Shown here: in pieces, positions 38,757 to 49,618 of the stretch
How positions within the stretch are numbered: position 1 is the first letter of the stretch
How the letters are laid out: each line of letters begins with the position of its first letter
Source of the DNA: an uncultured Solirubrobacterales bacterium
GTDB taxonomy: Bacteria > Actinomycetota > Thermoleophilia > Solirubrobacterales > Solirubrobacteraceae
Direction: 5' to 3'
Assembly: GCA_963839945.1 (NCBI GenBank)
Contig: CAWIWW010000004.1
Location: 976,218-1,040,217, forward strand
DNA length: 64,000 nt
The notes under the pieces: model-generated
Databases searched by the model: none
What the model was told of the DNA's origin: nothing
The model's input: the letters and a program-made list of their open reading frames with translations, nothing else
Position numbers and translations under genes: made by a program

Positions 38757-39635
38757 ATGTCCGCCACGATCATCGACGGCAAAGCGATCGCCGCGCGCGT
38801 GCGCGAGCAGGTCGCCGAGCAGGTGCGCGTGTTCACCGCCGAGCACGGCCGTGTCCCCAGCCTGGCGACCGTGCTCGTCGGCGAGGACCCCGGCTCGGTC
38901 GTGTACGTCTCCGGCAAGCAGCGCGCGTGCGCGCAGGCGGGCATGACGCCGTTCGATCACCGGCTGTCAGCCAGCGCCTCCTTCGAGGAGGTCTCACAGA
39001 CCCTGTTGGGCCTGAACGCCGAGGAGGCGGTGAGCGGAATCCTGCTGCAATTGCCCGTGCCCGACCATCTCGACGGCCCCACGCTGACCGGTATGATCGA
39101 TCCCGGCAAGGACGTCGACGGCCTCACGCCGGTCAACGCGGGACGGCTCGCGCTGGGACTGCCCGGGCTGCGCCCGTGCACGCCGCTGGGGGTGCTCGAG
39201 CTGCTGGGCAGCGTCGATGCGACGCTGGAGGGCGCCGATGCCGTGGTGGTGGGGCGCTCCAACCTGTTCGGCAAGCCGATGGCCCAGCTGCTGCTCTCCC
39301 AGAACGCGACCGTGACGATGTGCCACTCGCGCACGCGCGACCTGGCCGGGGTGTGCGCCCGCGCGGACATCCTGATTGCCGCCGTTGGCCGCGCGCGGTT
39401 GATCGAGCGCGAGTTCGTCAAGCCCGGCGCGGTCGTGATCGACGTCGGCATGAACCGGCTGACACCCGCAGAGGCCGGCAACTCCAGCGGGCTCGTCGGG
39501 GACGTCGACTTCGCCGCCGCGGTGCTCCTCGCCTCGGCGATCACGCCGGTCCCCGGCGGTGTGGGCCCAATGACGATCGCGTGTCTGCTGCGCAACACGC
39601 TGGACGCGGCCCGCCGTCAGGCGGGAATCCAGTGA
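38757..39635 (+). CDS. folD: Methylenetetrahydrofolate dehydrogenase/cyclohydrolase
   Basis: IIDGKAIA, GILLQLP, KDVDG, PCTP, VGRSN, GDVDF, TPVPGGVGPMT. Confidence 0.97.
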   Translation: MSATIIDGKAIAARVREQVAEQVRVFTAEHGRVPSLATVLVGEDPGSVVYVSGKQRACAQAGMTPFDHRLSASASFEEVSQTLLGLNAEEAVSGILLQLPVPDHLDGPTLTGMIDPGKDVDGLTPVNAGRLALGLPGLRPCTPLGVLELLGSVDATLEGADAVVVGRSNLFGKPMAQLLLSQNATVTMCHSRTRDLAGVCARADILIAAVGRARLIEREFVKPGAVVIDVGMNRLTPAEAGNSSGLVGDVDFAAAVLLASAITPVPGGVGPMTIACLLRNTLDAARRQAGIQ

Positions 39636-40132
39636 GCCTCAGACGCCTGCTGGACGTTCGGAGATCCCTCCGATCTCCGAACGGTGGGGAGCTGCTCGCG
39701 CTGGCGGGCGCAATCTGCGTGATCGTCTCGATGTGGCTGCCCTGGTATGAGAACGCCGCCGGCAAGCTCAACGGGTGGAACACGTTCGGGCCTGCGGTCG
39801 TGCTGCTGCTCGCCGCGGCGGCGGCCGCGCTCGCCCTCGTCGTGAGCACGATCACCGAGCGCAGCACCGCGCTGCCGGTCGCCGCTGCGGTGTGGAGCAC
39901 GCTGTTCGGGATGCTCGCTGTGATCTCGGCAGTCGTGCGCGTGCTCGAGCGCCCCGAGCATTCGACGGAGCTGTGCGCGGGCGCGTGGCTGGCGCTGGCG
40001 GGCGCGATTCTGATGCTGGCCGGCTCGTGGCAGTCGCTGCGCGACGAACGCACCTCACTGTACGAGCCGGCGGAACCACCGCTGCTGCCGCCGCCCGACA
40101 TTGGCGCCAACGGCGCCCAGCCGCCGGACTGA
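39632..40132 (+). CDS. 4-TM membrane protein
   Basis: GTGA overlap with folD; four hydrophobic segments and an LPWY motif. Confidence 0.75.
   Translation: MSLRRLLDVRRSLRSPNGGELLALAGAICVIVSMWLPWYENAAGKLNGWNTFGPAVVLLLAAAAAALALVVSTITERSTALPVAAAVWSTLFGMLAVISAVVRVLERPEHSTELCAGAWLALAGAILMLAGSWQSLRDERTSLYEPAEPPLLPPPDIGANGAQPPD
39648..39687 (-). repeat. Palindromic repeat family B, copy 3 (inside CDS 39632)
   Basis: CGTTCGGAGATC-cctcc-GATCTCCGAACG. Confidence 0.75.
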
Positions 40133-40208
40133 GCGCCGCCGGCGGGTCCTGGCCTCACGGGCTGCGATCATCGCGCCCGGGGCCGGTCCGGTCCATAGAA
40201 TGCGCGAG

Positions 40209-40511
40209 GTGATCGACCGCGAGGAAGTCCTGCACGTCGCCCGCCTGGCGCGGTTGAAGCTGGGCGAGGAGGAGATCGAGCCGCTGGCGCGCGAGCTGTC
40301 GGCGATCCTCGACCACGTCGCGCGCATCGGCGAGCTCGACCTGGAGGAAGTGGCGCCGACCACGCACGTCGTCGATGATGAGATGCCCACCCACCCCGCG
40401 CTGCGCTCCGACGAGCCGCGCGAGTGCCTGCCGCGCGAGGTCGCGCTCGCCCAGGCGCCGGCCGTGAGCAGCGACGGCGAGGGTTTCTCCGTGCCCAGCC
40501 CGCAAGGATGA
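40209..40511 (+). CDS. gatC: Asp/Glu-tRNA amidotransferase subunit C
   Basis: [25 protein letters not shown]; TAGAAT 7 nt upstream of the GTG (alternative ATG 40200). Confidence 0.93.
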   Translation: MIDREEVLHVARLARLKLGEEEIEPLARELSAILDHVARIGELDLEEVAPTTHVVDDEMPTHPALRSDEPRECLPREVALAQAPAVSSDGEGFSVPSPQG

Positions 40512-42005
40512 GCGCCACCGAGATCATCGCCCTGTCTGCCGCGCAGGCGGCGCGGCAGATCGCCGCGGGCGAGCTGTCGGCGCAAGAGCTGTTCGACGCC
40601 TATCGCGCGCGCGCGCGCGCCGACGAGCTGAACTGCTTTACCTGGGTTGCGCCAGAGCGCGCGCCCCAGACGGCTGGGGACGGCGCCGGGGCCGAGCCGC
40701 GCGGCGCGCCGCTGGCGGGAGTGCCGCTGGCGGTCAAGGACCTGTTCTGCACAGAGGGCGTTCCGAGCCAGTCGGGCTCGCGCATCCTGGAGGGCTATGA
40801 GCCGCCCTACACCGCCACTGTGGTGCGCCGCCTGCGGGCGGCCGGCGCGAGCCTGCTGGCAAAGACAAACCAGGACGAGTTCGCGATGGGCTCCTCCAAC
40901 GAGAACTCCGCCTTCGGGCCGGTGCTGAACCCGTGGGACCGCACGCGCGTGCCGGGTGGCTCCTCGGGCGGGAGCGCGGCCGCGGTCGCCGCGGGGCTGG
41001 CGCCGTGGGCGCTGGGCACCGACACAGGCGGCTCGATCCGCCAGCCGGCCGCCCTGTGCGGGATCGTGGGGCTCAAACCGACCTACGGCGCGGTGTCGCG
41101 CTACGGGATGATCGCGTTCGCCTCCTCGCTGGACCAGGCGGGGCCGCTGACGCGCGACGTGACCGACGCGGCGCTGCTGCTGCGCCACATGGTCGGTCGT
41201 GATCCCTGCGACGCCACATCGCTGCAGTTCCCGCACGAGATCGAGCTGCCCGGGGCCGAGCGCCTGGACGGGATTCGCCTGGGGGTCCCCGCGGAGCTGA
41301 CCGGCGGCTCGGCGGGCGCCGGGGCGGGCACCGGCCTTGACATCGACGGGGAGGGGATCGAAGCCGGCGTGCTCGACGCGTTCGCAGCCGCCCTGGATCG
41401 CGCCGCGGACCTCGGCGCGGAGATCGTGCGGGACGTCAGCCTCCCGCACGCGCCGCACGCGCTGTCGGCCTACTACGTGCTCGCCCCTGCCGAGGCCTCC
41501 TCGAACCTGGCGCGCTTTGACGGGGTGCGCTACGGGCTGCGCAGCACCGATCCCGCCCACCCGGAGGATCTGCTCCAGATGTACGAGCGCACTCGCCACG
41601 ACGGGTTCGGCGCGGAGGTCAAGCGGCGGATCATGCTCGGCACCTACGTCCTGTCGGCCGGCTACTACGACGCTTACTACGGGCGCGCGCAGCGGGTGCG
41701 GACGAAGATCGCCGAGGACTTCGCGCGCGCGTTTGAGCAGGTCGACTTCATCCTCACGCCCACCGCGCCGACGGTCGCGTTCGAGCTGGGAGCCAAGACG
41801 GGCGATCCGCTGCAGATGTACCTGAACGACTACTGCACCGTGCCGATGTCGCTCGCGGGCATCCCCGCGATCTCGATCCCGTGCGGCCTGCACGACGGGC
41901 TGCCCGTGGGCCTGCAGCTCGCCGGCCCCGCGTTCGCCGAGAACAAGCTCCTGGACTGCGCGTACGCGCTGGAGCAGGCGCTCGGCTTCGACGGGAGTCC
42001 CGCCC

Positions 42006-42013
<8 letters not shown>
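40508..42013 (+). CDS. gatA: Amidotransferase subunit A
   Basis: [39 protein letters not shown]. Confidence 0.97.
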
Positions 42014-43487
<1,474 letters not shown>

Positions 43488-43719
43488 AGAGCGTCGTCTA
43501 AACGACGCGCCGACATTTTGGACCGTCGGCCAATGGCAGGGCGTGCGCCGTGCGTCAACATGGGCCTCGTCGTACAAGCAGGCCCACGCCGATGCGTCTC
43601 GGCTTCCCTCGGCCAGGCGCGAGTGGAGCGGCCGGGCGGGGTGGCGATTCCCGTCCGGCCGCACCGTCGCGGCGAGGTTATGGCTGGTGCAAGCAGCTGT
43701 TGGGGGTAGACTGAGCGGT

Positions 43720-43914
43720 ATGAACGACCCAACCTCACAGTCCTCCTCCTCATCCAGTTCGATCGGCAGGTTCGCCGTCGCCGGTCTCGTGCTGCTGATC
43801 GCCGCATATGTGCTGCTGAAGATCGTGATCGGAATCGCTCTGGCGATCGCCGGGCCGGTCGTGCTTATCCTGGCGGTCGTCGCCGTCATCTGGGCAGTGC
43901 GCACCCTGCTCTGA
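43720..43914 (+). CDS. Small membrane protein
   Basis: TAGACT-N7-ATG followed by a hydrophobic 64-aa ORF. Confidence 0.7.
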   Translation: MNDPTSQSSSSSSSIGRFAVAGLVLLIAAYVLLKIVIGIALAIAGPVVLILAVVAVIWAVRTLL

Positions 43915-43922
43915 GGCATCGC

Positions 43923-44228
43923 ATGGAAGGTGATCAGTACCTGATCATCGTCTTCTGCTTCGGGATGGCCGGCGGGATCGTCGGCAAGATCAAGGGCGGA
44001 TCGTTCTGGCTGTGGTTCCTCATCTCCGGGATCGTGCCCGTGCTCGGTCTGATCACGGCGATCGTCTACAGGGTCGAACGCGACGAGCTGCGCCGGCAAT
44101 GTCCGCGCTGCGGGCGCGTCACGAAGATCTACGACGCGCTGTGCATGCGTTGCGGGACCGAGCTGGAGTATCCCGATCAGGTGATCGCGCCGGAATCGTG
44201 GCAGCCTCCGCCGACAGTGCGGTCCTGA
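43923..44228 (+). CDS. Membrane protein with C-terminal zinc ribbon
   Basis: Two TM segments, then CPRCG...CMRCG. Confidence 0.8.
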   Translation: MEGDQYLIIVFCFGMAGGIVGKIKGGSFWLWFLISGIVPVLGLITAIVYRVERDELRRQCPRCGRVTKIYDALCMRCGTELEYPDQVIAPESWQPPPTVRS

Positions 44229-44295
44229 ATCACCACTGCGCGGGAGTCCCACGAGATAAGGGAGCCCGAAGTCAGAGGCCGTCTATAAAGCGTCG

Positions 44296-44835
44296 ATGGA
44301 CGCGAACGCGACGAGCGCTCCCGCGCACGAGCGCCTGATCGCGAGACTGATCCACCGCGCGGGGTTCAAGGACGAGACGGACTTCGTGCTGCGCGTCGTG
44401 CAGCCGGCGCTGGTCGGCATGATCGACGGCACCGTCTCCTCGCTGGCGCCGATCTTCGCGGCGGCGATCTCCTCGGACTCGCACACCGCCCTGCTGGTCG
44501 GGTTCGCGACGGCGCTGGGAGCCGGGGTGAGCATGGGCTGGTCGGAGGCGCTGTCGGATACTGGCGCACAGACCGGCCGCGGCTCGGCGGTCGTGCGCGG
44601 GTCGATCACCGGCGGGATGACCACGCTGGGCGGCATCTTCCACACGCTGCCGTTTTTGATCTCCGACGTCCACAAGGCGCTGTTGGTGGCCGGGTGCGTG
44701 GTAGCTGTGGAGCTGTTCGCGATCGCGTGGGTCAGGAAACAGTTCTTGCACGTGTCGATGCGCTCCTCGCTGCTGGTCGTGACGGTCGGCGGCGTGATCG
44801 CTCTGGCGATCGGCGTTGGACTGGGGCTGTCCTGA
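44296..44835 (+). CDS. VIT1/CCC1 family transporter (MbfA C-terminal-like)
   Basis: VVQPALVGMIDGTVSSLAPIFAAA, GAGVSMGWSEALSD, GGIFHTLPF. Confidence 0.85.
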   Translation: MDANATSAPAHERLIARLIHRAGFKDETDFVLRVVQPALVGMIDGTVSSLAPIFAAAISSDSHTALLVGFATALGAGVSMGWSEALSDTGAQTGRGSAVVRGSITGGMTTLGGIFHTLPFLISDVHKALLVAGCVVAVELFAIAWVRKQFLHVSMRSSLLVVTVGGVIALAIGVGLGLS

Positions 44836-44901
44836 TCTGAGGAGCCGCCCGCGCGCGGCTGCGTGCCGGGAGCCCTGAAAACCCGCTGATAAGCTGCGCG
44901 T

Positions 44902-46605
44902 ATGCGCGCGGTTGACGCCATCATGGAATGTTTGAAGGCCGAGGGCGTGGACGTCGTGTTCGGGTTGCCCGGCGGCGCGAACCTGCCGACCTACGACGCG
45001 TTCGTGAACGGCGGGATCAGGCATATCCTCGTCCGCCACGAGGCGGGCGGGGGGCACGCCGCGCAGGGATACGCCAAGGCGACGGGCAAGGTCGGGGTGG
45101 CGTTCGCCACGAGCGGCCCGGGCGCCACGAACCTGATCACGCCGATCACCGACGCGATGATGGACTCGGTGCCGTGCGTGTTCATCACCGGACAGGTCAG
45201 GACGGAGCTGCTCGGGACCGACGGGTTCCAGGAGGCGGACACGCTGGGGATCACGATCCCGATCGTTAAGCACTCGTTCATGATCCAGGATCCGCGCGAG
45301 ATCCCGAGGGCCGTGCACGAGGCGTTTTACATCGCCCGCACTGGCCGGCCCGGCCCGGTGGTCGTGGATATCCCCCAGGACCTGTCGCGCGGAGAGATCG
45401 AGTTCGAGCTGGTGACCGACGTGCGCTTGCCCGGGTATCAGCCGACGACCGAGGGCAACCAGAAGCAGATCCGCCAGGCCGCCAAGGCGCTGGCCGCGGC
45501 GCGCCGCCCGGTCATCTATGCGGGCGGGGGCGTGGTCAACGCGAACGCCTCGCCCGAGCTCGTCGAGCTGGCGAGCTGCGACCGCTTTCCCGTGACGTGC
45601 ACGCTGATGGGGCTCGGCGCGTTCCCGGCGCGGGTGGGCGGGACAGGCGGGGGGGCGCCCAATCCTCAATGGCTGGGGATGCTGGGGATGCACGGGACCA
45701 GGGCGGCGAACTACGCGATGGACGAGGCCGATTTGATCTGCGCGGTGGGGGCAAGGTTCGACGACCGGATCACGGGCAAGCTGTCGGAGTTCGCGCCGAA
45801 GGCGAAGTTCATCCACATCGACATCGACCCGGCGGAGATATCCAAGAACGTGCCGGCGCACATCCCGATCGTGGGGGACGCCAAGAACGTGCTGGGCAAG
45901 CTGGCGGTCGAGTACAGGGCCCTGAGCGCCGACACCGCGCGCCTGGGCGACTGGTGGAAGCGGATCGAAGGCTGGAGGGCGAAGTATCCACTGGGGTATG
46001 AGGACTCGACCGACAATGAGATCAAGCCCCAGTACATGATCCAGGCGCTGTACGAGGCGACCAAAGGCGAGGCGATCGTGAGCAGCGACGTCGGCCAGCA
46101 CCAGATGTGGGCGGCGCAGTACTACGACTTCCCGGCGCCCAGGCGCTGGATCAACTCGGGCGGCCTCGGCACGATGGGGTTCGGGTTGCCGGCCGCGATG
46201 GGCGCCGCCGTGGGCTGCCCCGAGCGGCTGGTGTGCTGCGTGGCGGGCGACGGGTCGGTGCAGATGAACGCGCAGGAGCTGGCGACGTGCGCGCAGAACA
46301 AGATCCCGATCAAGGTGTTCATCATGAACAACGGCTATCTGGGCATGGTCAGGCAGTGGCAGGAGCTGTTCTGGGACGGCAAATACAGCCAGGTCGACAC
46401 GGGCGAGTTCCCCGACTTCGTCAAGCTCGCGGAGGCGTACGGCGCGACAGGGATGCGATTCGAGGACAAGACGACGCTCGTCGATGACATGCGCCGCGCG
46501 ATCGAGACCGACGGACCGGTGCTGGTGGACGTGAGGGTGACGCGCGAGGAGAACACCTATCCGATGATTCCCGCGGGTCAGCCGGCCAGGGAGATGGTCG
46601 GATGA
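44902..46605 (+). CDS. ilvB: Acetolactate synthase large subunit
   Basis: VFGLPGGA, RHE, TSGPGATN, FQEAD, DVGQHQMW, SGGLGTMGFG, GDGS...NNGYLGMVRQWQ. Confidence 0.97.
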   Translation: MRAVDAIMECLKAEGVDVVFGLPGGANLPTYDAFVNGGIRHILVRHEAGGGHAAQGYAKATGKVGVAFATSGPGATNLITPITDAMMDSVPCVFITGQVRTELLGTDGFQEADTLGITIPIVKHSFMIQDPREIPRAVHEAFYIARTGRPGPVVVDIPQDLSRGEIEFELVTDVRLPGYQPTTEGNQKQIRQAAKALAAARRPVIYAGGGVVNANASPELVELASCDRFPVTCTLMGLGAFPARVGGTGGGAPNPQWLGMLGMHGTRAANYAMDEADLICAVGARFDDRITGKLSEFAPKAKFIHIDIDPAEISKNVPAHIPIVGDAKNVLGKLAVEYRALSADTARLGDWWKRIEGWRAKYPLGYEDSTDNEIKPQYMIQALYEATKGEAIVSSDVGQHQMWAAQYYDFPAPRRWINSGGLGTMGFGLPAAMGAAVGCPERLVCCVAGDGSVQMNAQELATCAQNKIPIKVFIMNNGYLGMVRQWQELFWDGKYSQVDTGEFPDFVKLAEAYGATGMRFEDKTTLVDDMRRAIETDGPVLVDVRVTREENTYPMIPAGQPAREMVG

Positions 46606-46718
46606 CGGCGATGGTCCTGAAAGGGGGGTGGCCGGGAGGGGGGCCTGACCCCCTCCCGATCCAGATCACCTATCCGATGATTCCCGCGGGTCAGCCCGCT
46701 AGAGAGATGGTGGGGTGA
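46554..46718 (+). repeat. 52-bp direct repeat of the ilvB 3' end around a 61-bp spacer
   Basis: 46554-46605 vs 46667-46718, 47/52 identical. Confidence 0.95.
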
Positions 46719-47284
46719 GCGCCGCCGTGGGCGAGCCTGGGACGAAGGCGCCGCTGAGCCTGGAGGAGCTGGAGGCCTCGGTCGGGCTGCGCACGGGGCG
46801 CAAGCACGTGCTGTCGATCTTGGTCGAGAACAAGGCGGGCGTGCTGACGCGCATCGCCGGGCTGTTCGCGCGCAGGGGCTTCAACATCGACACGCTTACC
46901 GTCGGGCCGACCGACGACGAGCAGATCTCGCGCGTCACCCTCACCGTCGACGGGGCGCTGCACCCGATCGACCAGGTGACAAAGCAGCTGCACAAGCTCA
47001 TCAACGTGCTGAAGATCCGCGACCTGGAGCCAGCCGACACGGTCGCGCGCGAGCTGGCCCTGTTCAAGGTCTCCGCGGACGGGTCCCAGCGCGGCGAGCT
47101 GATGCAGATCACGGAGATATTCAGAGGCAAGGTCGTGGACGTGACCAAGCGCTCGGTGATCGTCGAGGTGACCGGAACGACGGAGAAGATCGAGGCGTTC
47201 GAGGGCATGGTGCGCCCGTTCGGGCTGATCGAGATGATGCGCACGGGAGAGATAGCGATATCGCGCGGGCGGACCGAGACATAG
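46715..47284 (+). CDS. ilvN: Acetolactate synthase small subunit
   Basis: LSILVENKAGVLTRIAGLFARRGFNI, KQLHKLINV, RELAL.K, RTG.IA..RG. Confidence 0.96.
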   Translation: MSAAVGEPGTKAPLSLEELEASVGLRTGRKHVLSILVENKAGVLTRIAGLFARRGFNIDTLTVGPTDDEQISRVTLTVDGALHPIDQVTKQLHKLINVLKIRDLEPADTVARELALFKVSADGSQRGELMQITEIFRGKVVDVTKRSVIVEVTGTTEKIEAFEGMVRPFGLIEMMRTGEIAISRGRTET

Positions 47285-47345
47285 GCGCCCGCAATTGGAA
47301 GGTTGTCTTTTTTGTGGGTAAGCCGGGAGCCAGCCCTTTCATCCA

Positions 47346-48878
47346 ATGCGGTCCAAGCCGCTTACCACAGCTGTCGACATTGCGGGAGCGTCTTTGGTAG
47401 CAGTGCGGGGCATAGCCAGCCGGCAAGAGCCGCCGTTCGCATTGAGCGAGCAGGACGGCGAGCGGCTGCGGGCTCGCCTGCAGGGCGCATTGCGCCGGGC
47501 CAGACGCGGCGGGGAGCCGACGCTGGCCACGAGCACGGTCAGGCTGCCGGCCACAGTGGACCCGAGCGCGGTCGTGTGCGCGTCGCGTCGCGCGGGCGAG
47601 CCGTGGTTCGCGTTCGAGCAGCCCGACCGGGGTGGGATGGCGCTCGCGGCGCTCGGCGAGGCGGTGCTGCTCAGCGGCGCGGGCCGGGACCGGTTCGCGA
47701 GCGTGGCCGACCGCTGGCGCGGGCTGGCGGCGAGCGCGGTGGGCGACCCGCTCGATGACCCCGCCGATCGCAGGTCGGCCGGCGCGGGGCCAGTCGCTGT
47801 GGGAGGATTCGCATTCGCGCCCGACGGCGGAGGCTCGCACACGTGGGAGGGGTTCGATCCCGCCTCGATGATCGTGCCCGAGGTGGCGATCAGACGCATT
47901 GCCAGGGCGGGCGACGGCGAGCCGGACGTCAGGCTGACGCTGGCGGCGCTGATGGCGCCGGACGACACGGTGCAGGATGCGCTTGCGCGTCTGGAACGCC
48001 GCTCAGACGAGCTGCACGAACGGGCGCTGCCGCTGCTTGACCCGGCCCCCGCCGGGCGCTATCGCGTGGCGAGCGCGATGCCGCCCGAGCACTACGAGGC
48101 GGCGGTTGCCCGCGCGAGCGAGCTGATCGCGGACGGCCGCCTGGAGAAGGTCGTGCTCGCCCGCGAGGTGGAAGCGCACGCCCCGGCGGCGTATGACCCG
48201 GCGGCGATGCTGGGAGTGCTGCGCGAGGCGTTCCCGGCGTGCTACTGCTTCTGCGTAGGGCGCGGCGACGCGACGCTGATCGCGGCCAGCCCCGAGCTGC
48301 TCGTGCGCCGCGAAGGCCACCGCGTGAGCACGCTCGCGCTCGCGGGCTCTACCAGGCGCAGCGCCGACCCCGCCGTGGACGACCACCTCGGCGAGCAGCT
48401 GCTGCGCGATTCAAGCTACCGCGAGGAGCACGCGATCGTGGCGCGCCGGATCGAGCGTATGCTGCGCGATCACGCGGTGTGGGTGGCCGCCGCGCCCGAA
48501 CCCGAGCTCGTCAAGATCGCCAACATCCAGCACCTGGCGACTCCGATCCGCGCGCAGCTCGCCACCCCGATCGACGTGCTGGAGCTCGCCGGTGAGATGC
48601 ACCCGACGCCCGCCGTCGGCGGGGAGCCGCGAGATGTCGCCATCTCTCTGATCCCGGCGCTGGAGGGGCTTGACCGCGGCTGGTACGCGGGCCCCGTGGG
48701 CTGGACCGACGCAACCGGCGACGGCGAGCTGTGCGTGGCCCTGCGCTGCGCGCTCTTGCGCGGCAGCGTCGCGCGCTGCTACGCGGGCAACGGCATCGTG
48801 CGTGGCTCACGCCCGCAGGCCGAGCTGGCCGAGACAGAGGTCAAGCTTCAGGCGCTGCTGCCGCTGCTGGCGGGCTGA
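47346..48878 (+). CDS. menF: Isochorismate synthase (start may be ~47394-47403)
   Basis: KVVLARE, ASPELL, ALAGS, EEHAIV, HPTPAVGG, RGWYAGPVG, YAGNGIV, ETEVK. Confidence 0.9.
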   Translation: MRSKPLTTAVDIAGASLVAVRGIASRQEPPFALSEQDGERLRARLQGALRRARRGGEPTLATSTVRLPATVDPSAVVCASRRAGEPWFAFEQPDRGGMALAALGEAVLLSGAGRDRFASVADRWRGLAASAVGDPLDDPADRRSAGAGPVAVGGFAFAPDGGGSHTWEGFDPASMIVPEVAIRRIARAGDGEPDVRLTLAALMAPDDTVQDALARLERRSDELHERALPLLDPAPAGRYRVASAMPPEHYEAAVARASELIADGRLEKVVLAREVEAHAPAAYDPAAMLGVLREAFPACYCFCVGRGDATLIAASPELLVRREGHRVSTLALAGSTRRSADPAVDDHLGEQLLRDSSYREEHAIVARRIERMLRDHAVWVAAAPEPELVKIANIQHLATPIRAQLATPIDVLELAGEMHPTPAVGGEPRDVAISLIPALEGLDRGWYAGPVGWTDATGDGELCVALRCALLRGSVARCYAGNGIVRGSRPQAELAETEVKLQALLPLLAG

Positions 48879-48888
48879 GGAGGGCCGG

Positions 48889-49266
48889 TCAGGCGGCGAT
48901 GCCGTGAGGCTGGGCTACCCGGGTCACGCTCGATGACAGCGTGAGCCGGTCGTGGACGCCGTCGGGGATGTCCAGCGCGTGGTGTCGCTCCAATGCGCCG
49001 ACGATGGTCGCGAGGCGCTGGTGCAGCTCGGTGGGGGAGAAACCAGTCAGGGAGATGTCGATCTCGACGCTGTCGTGCTCGAAGTCCGCGCAGGCCGAAG
49101 CGCCCGGAGCGATGTCGGCCATGTGCTCGTCGAGAATCCGCTGCACCTGGAAGGTGAATCCCTCAAGGGTCTCACGTGAGATGTGACGGGTCGCCCGGAG
49201 TGTGAGGACAACGTCGGCTTCGATCTCCGGCGTGGTACTCGGGAGATTGTTCGTCACCGTGTTCAT
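48889..49266 (-). CDS. Hypothetical protein, putative antitoxin partner of the HicA-like gene
   Basis: Starts 1 nt after the HicA-like stop; acidic alpha/beta protein with no evident HTH or RHH. Confidence 0.6.
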   Translation of the reverse strand: MNTVTNNLPSTTPEIEADVVLTLRATRHISRETLEGFTFQVQRILDEHMADIAPGASACADFEHDSVEIDISLTGFSPTELHQRLATIVGALERHHALDIPDGVHDRLTLSSSVTRVAQPHGIAA

Positions 49267-49267
49267 T

Positions 49268-49510
49268 CTACGCCTTCAGTCCAGATCGCTTGAGCGCGGA
49301 CAGCTTGTTCGCGGCTGTACGCGAGCCGCTGGGAGTACTTGGGATCGGAACCATTCGCAGATCGTTCGGCGGATAGCACTTGACGTGTTGATTGCCCGCA
49401 CGCTCGCACCACCAGCCCTGCGCCCAGGCGAGCATGACCAAGCGATCCATTTCTTTGTCGGGCAGCTTCGGCCGTTTCGCAGTCGGATTCGCGACGCGTT
49501 TCGGATGCAT
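49268..49510 (-). CDS. HicA-like toxin
   Basis: LV..A..QGW..ER...HVK...P....V.IPSTPS..R...N..SALKRSG; TAATCT-N7-ATG. Confidence 0.7.
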   Translation of the reverse strand: MHPKRVANPTAKRPKLPDKEMDRLVMLAWAQGWWCERAGNQHVKCYPPNDLRMVPIPSTPSGSRTAANKLSALKRSGLKA

Positions 49511-49618
49511 CGCACTGAGATTACGCAGCGCTTGGTACGAAACTCTTGGGTCGTCGACCTCAAATATCAACGAGGATGGGATCTTGAAAGCGCTGTGGCC
49601 AGGCGCGCCGGGCCGCGG

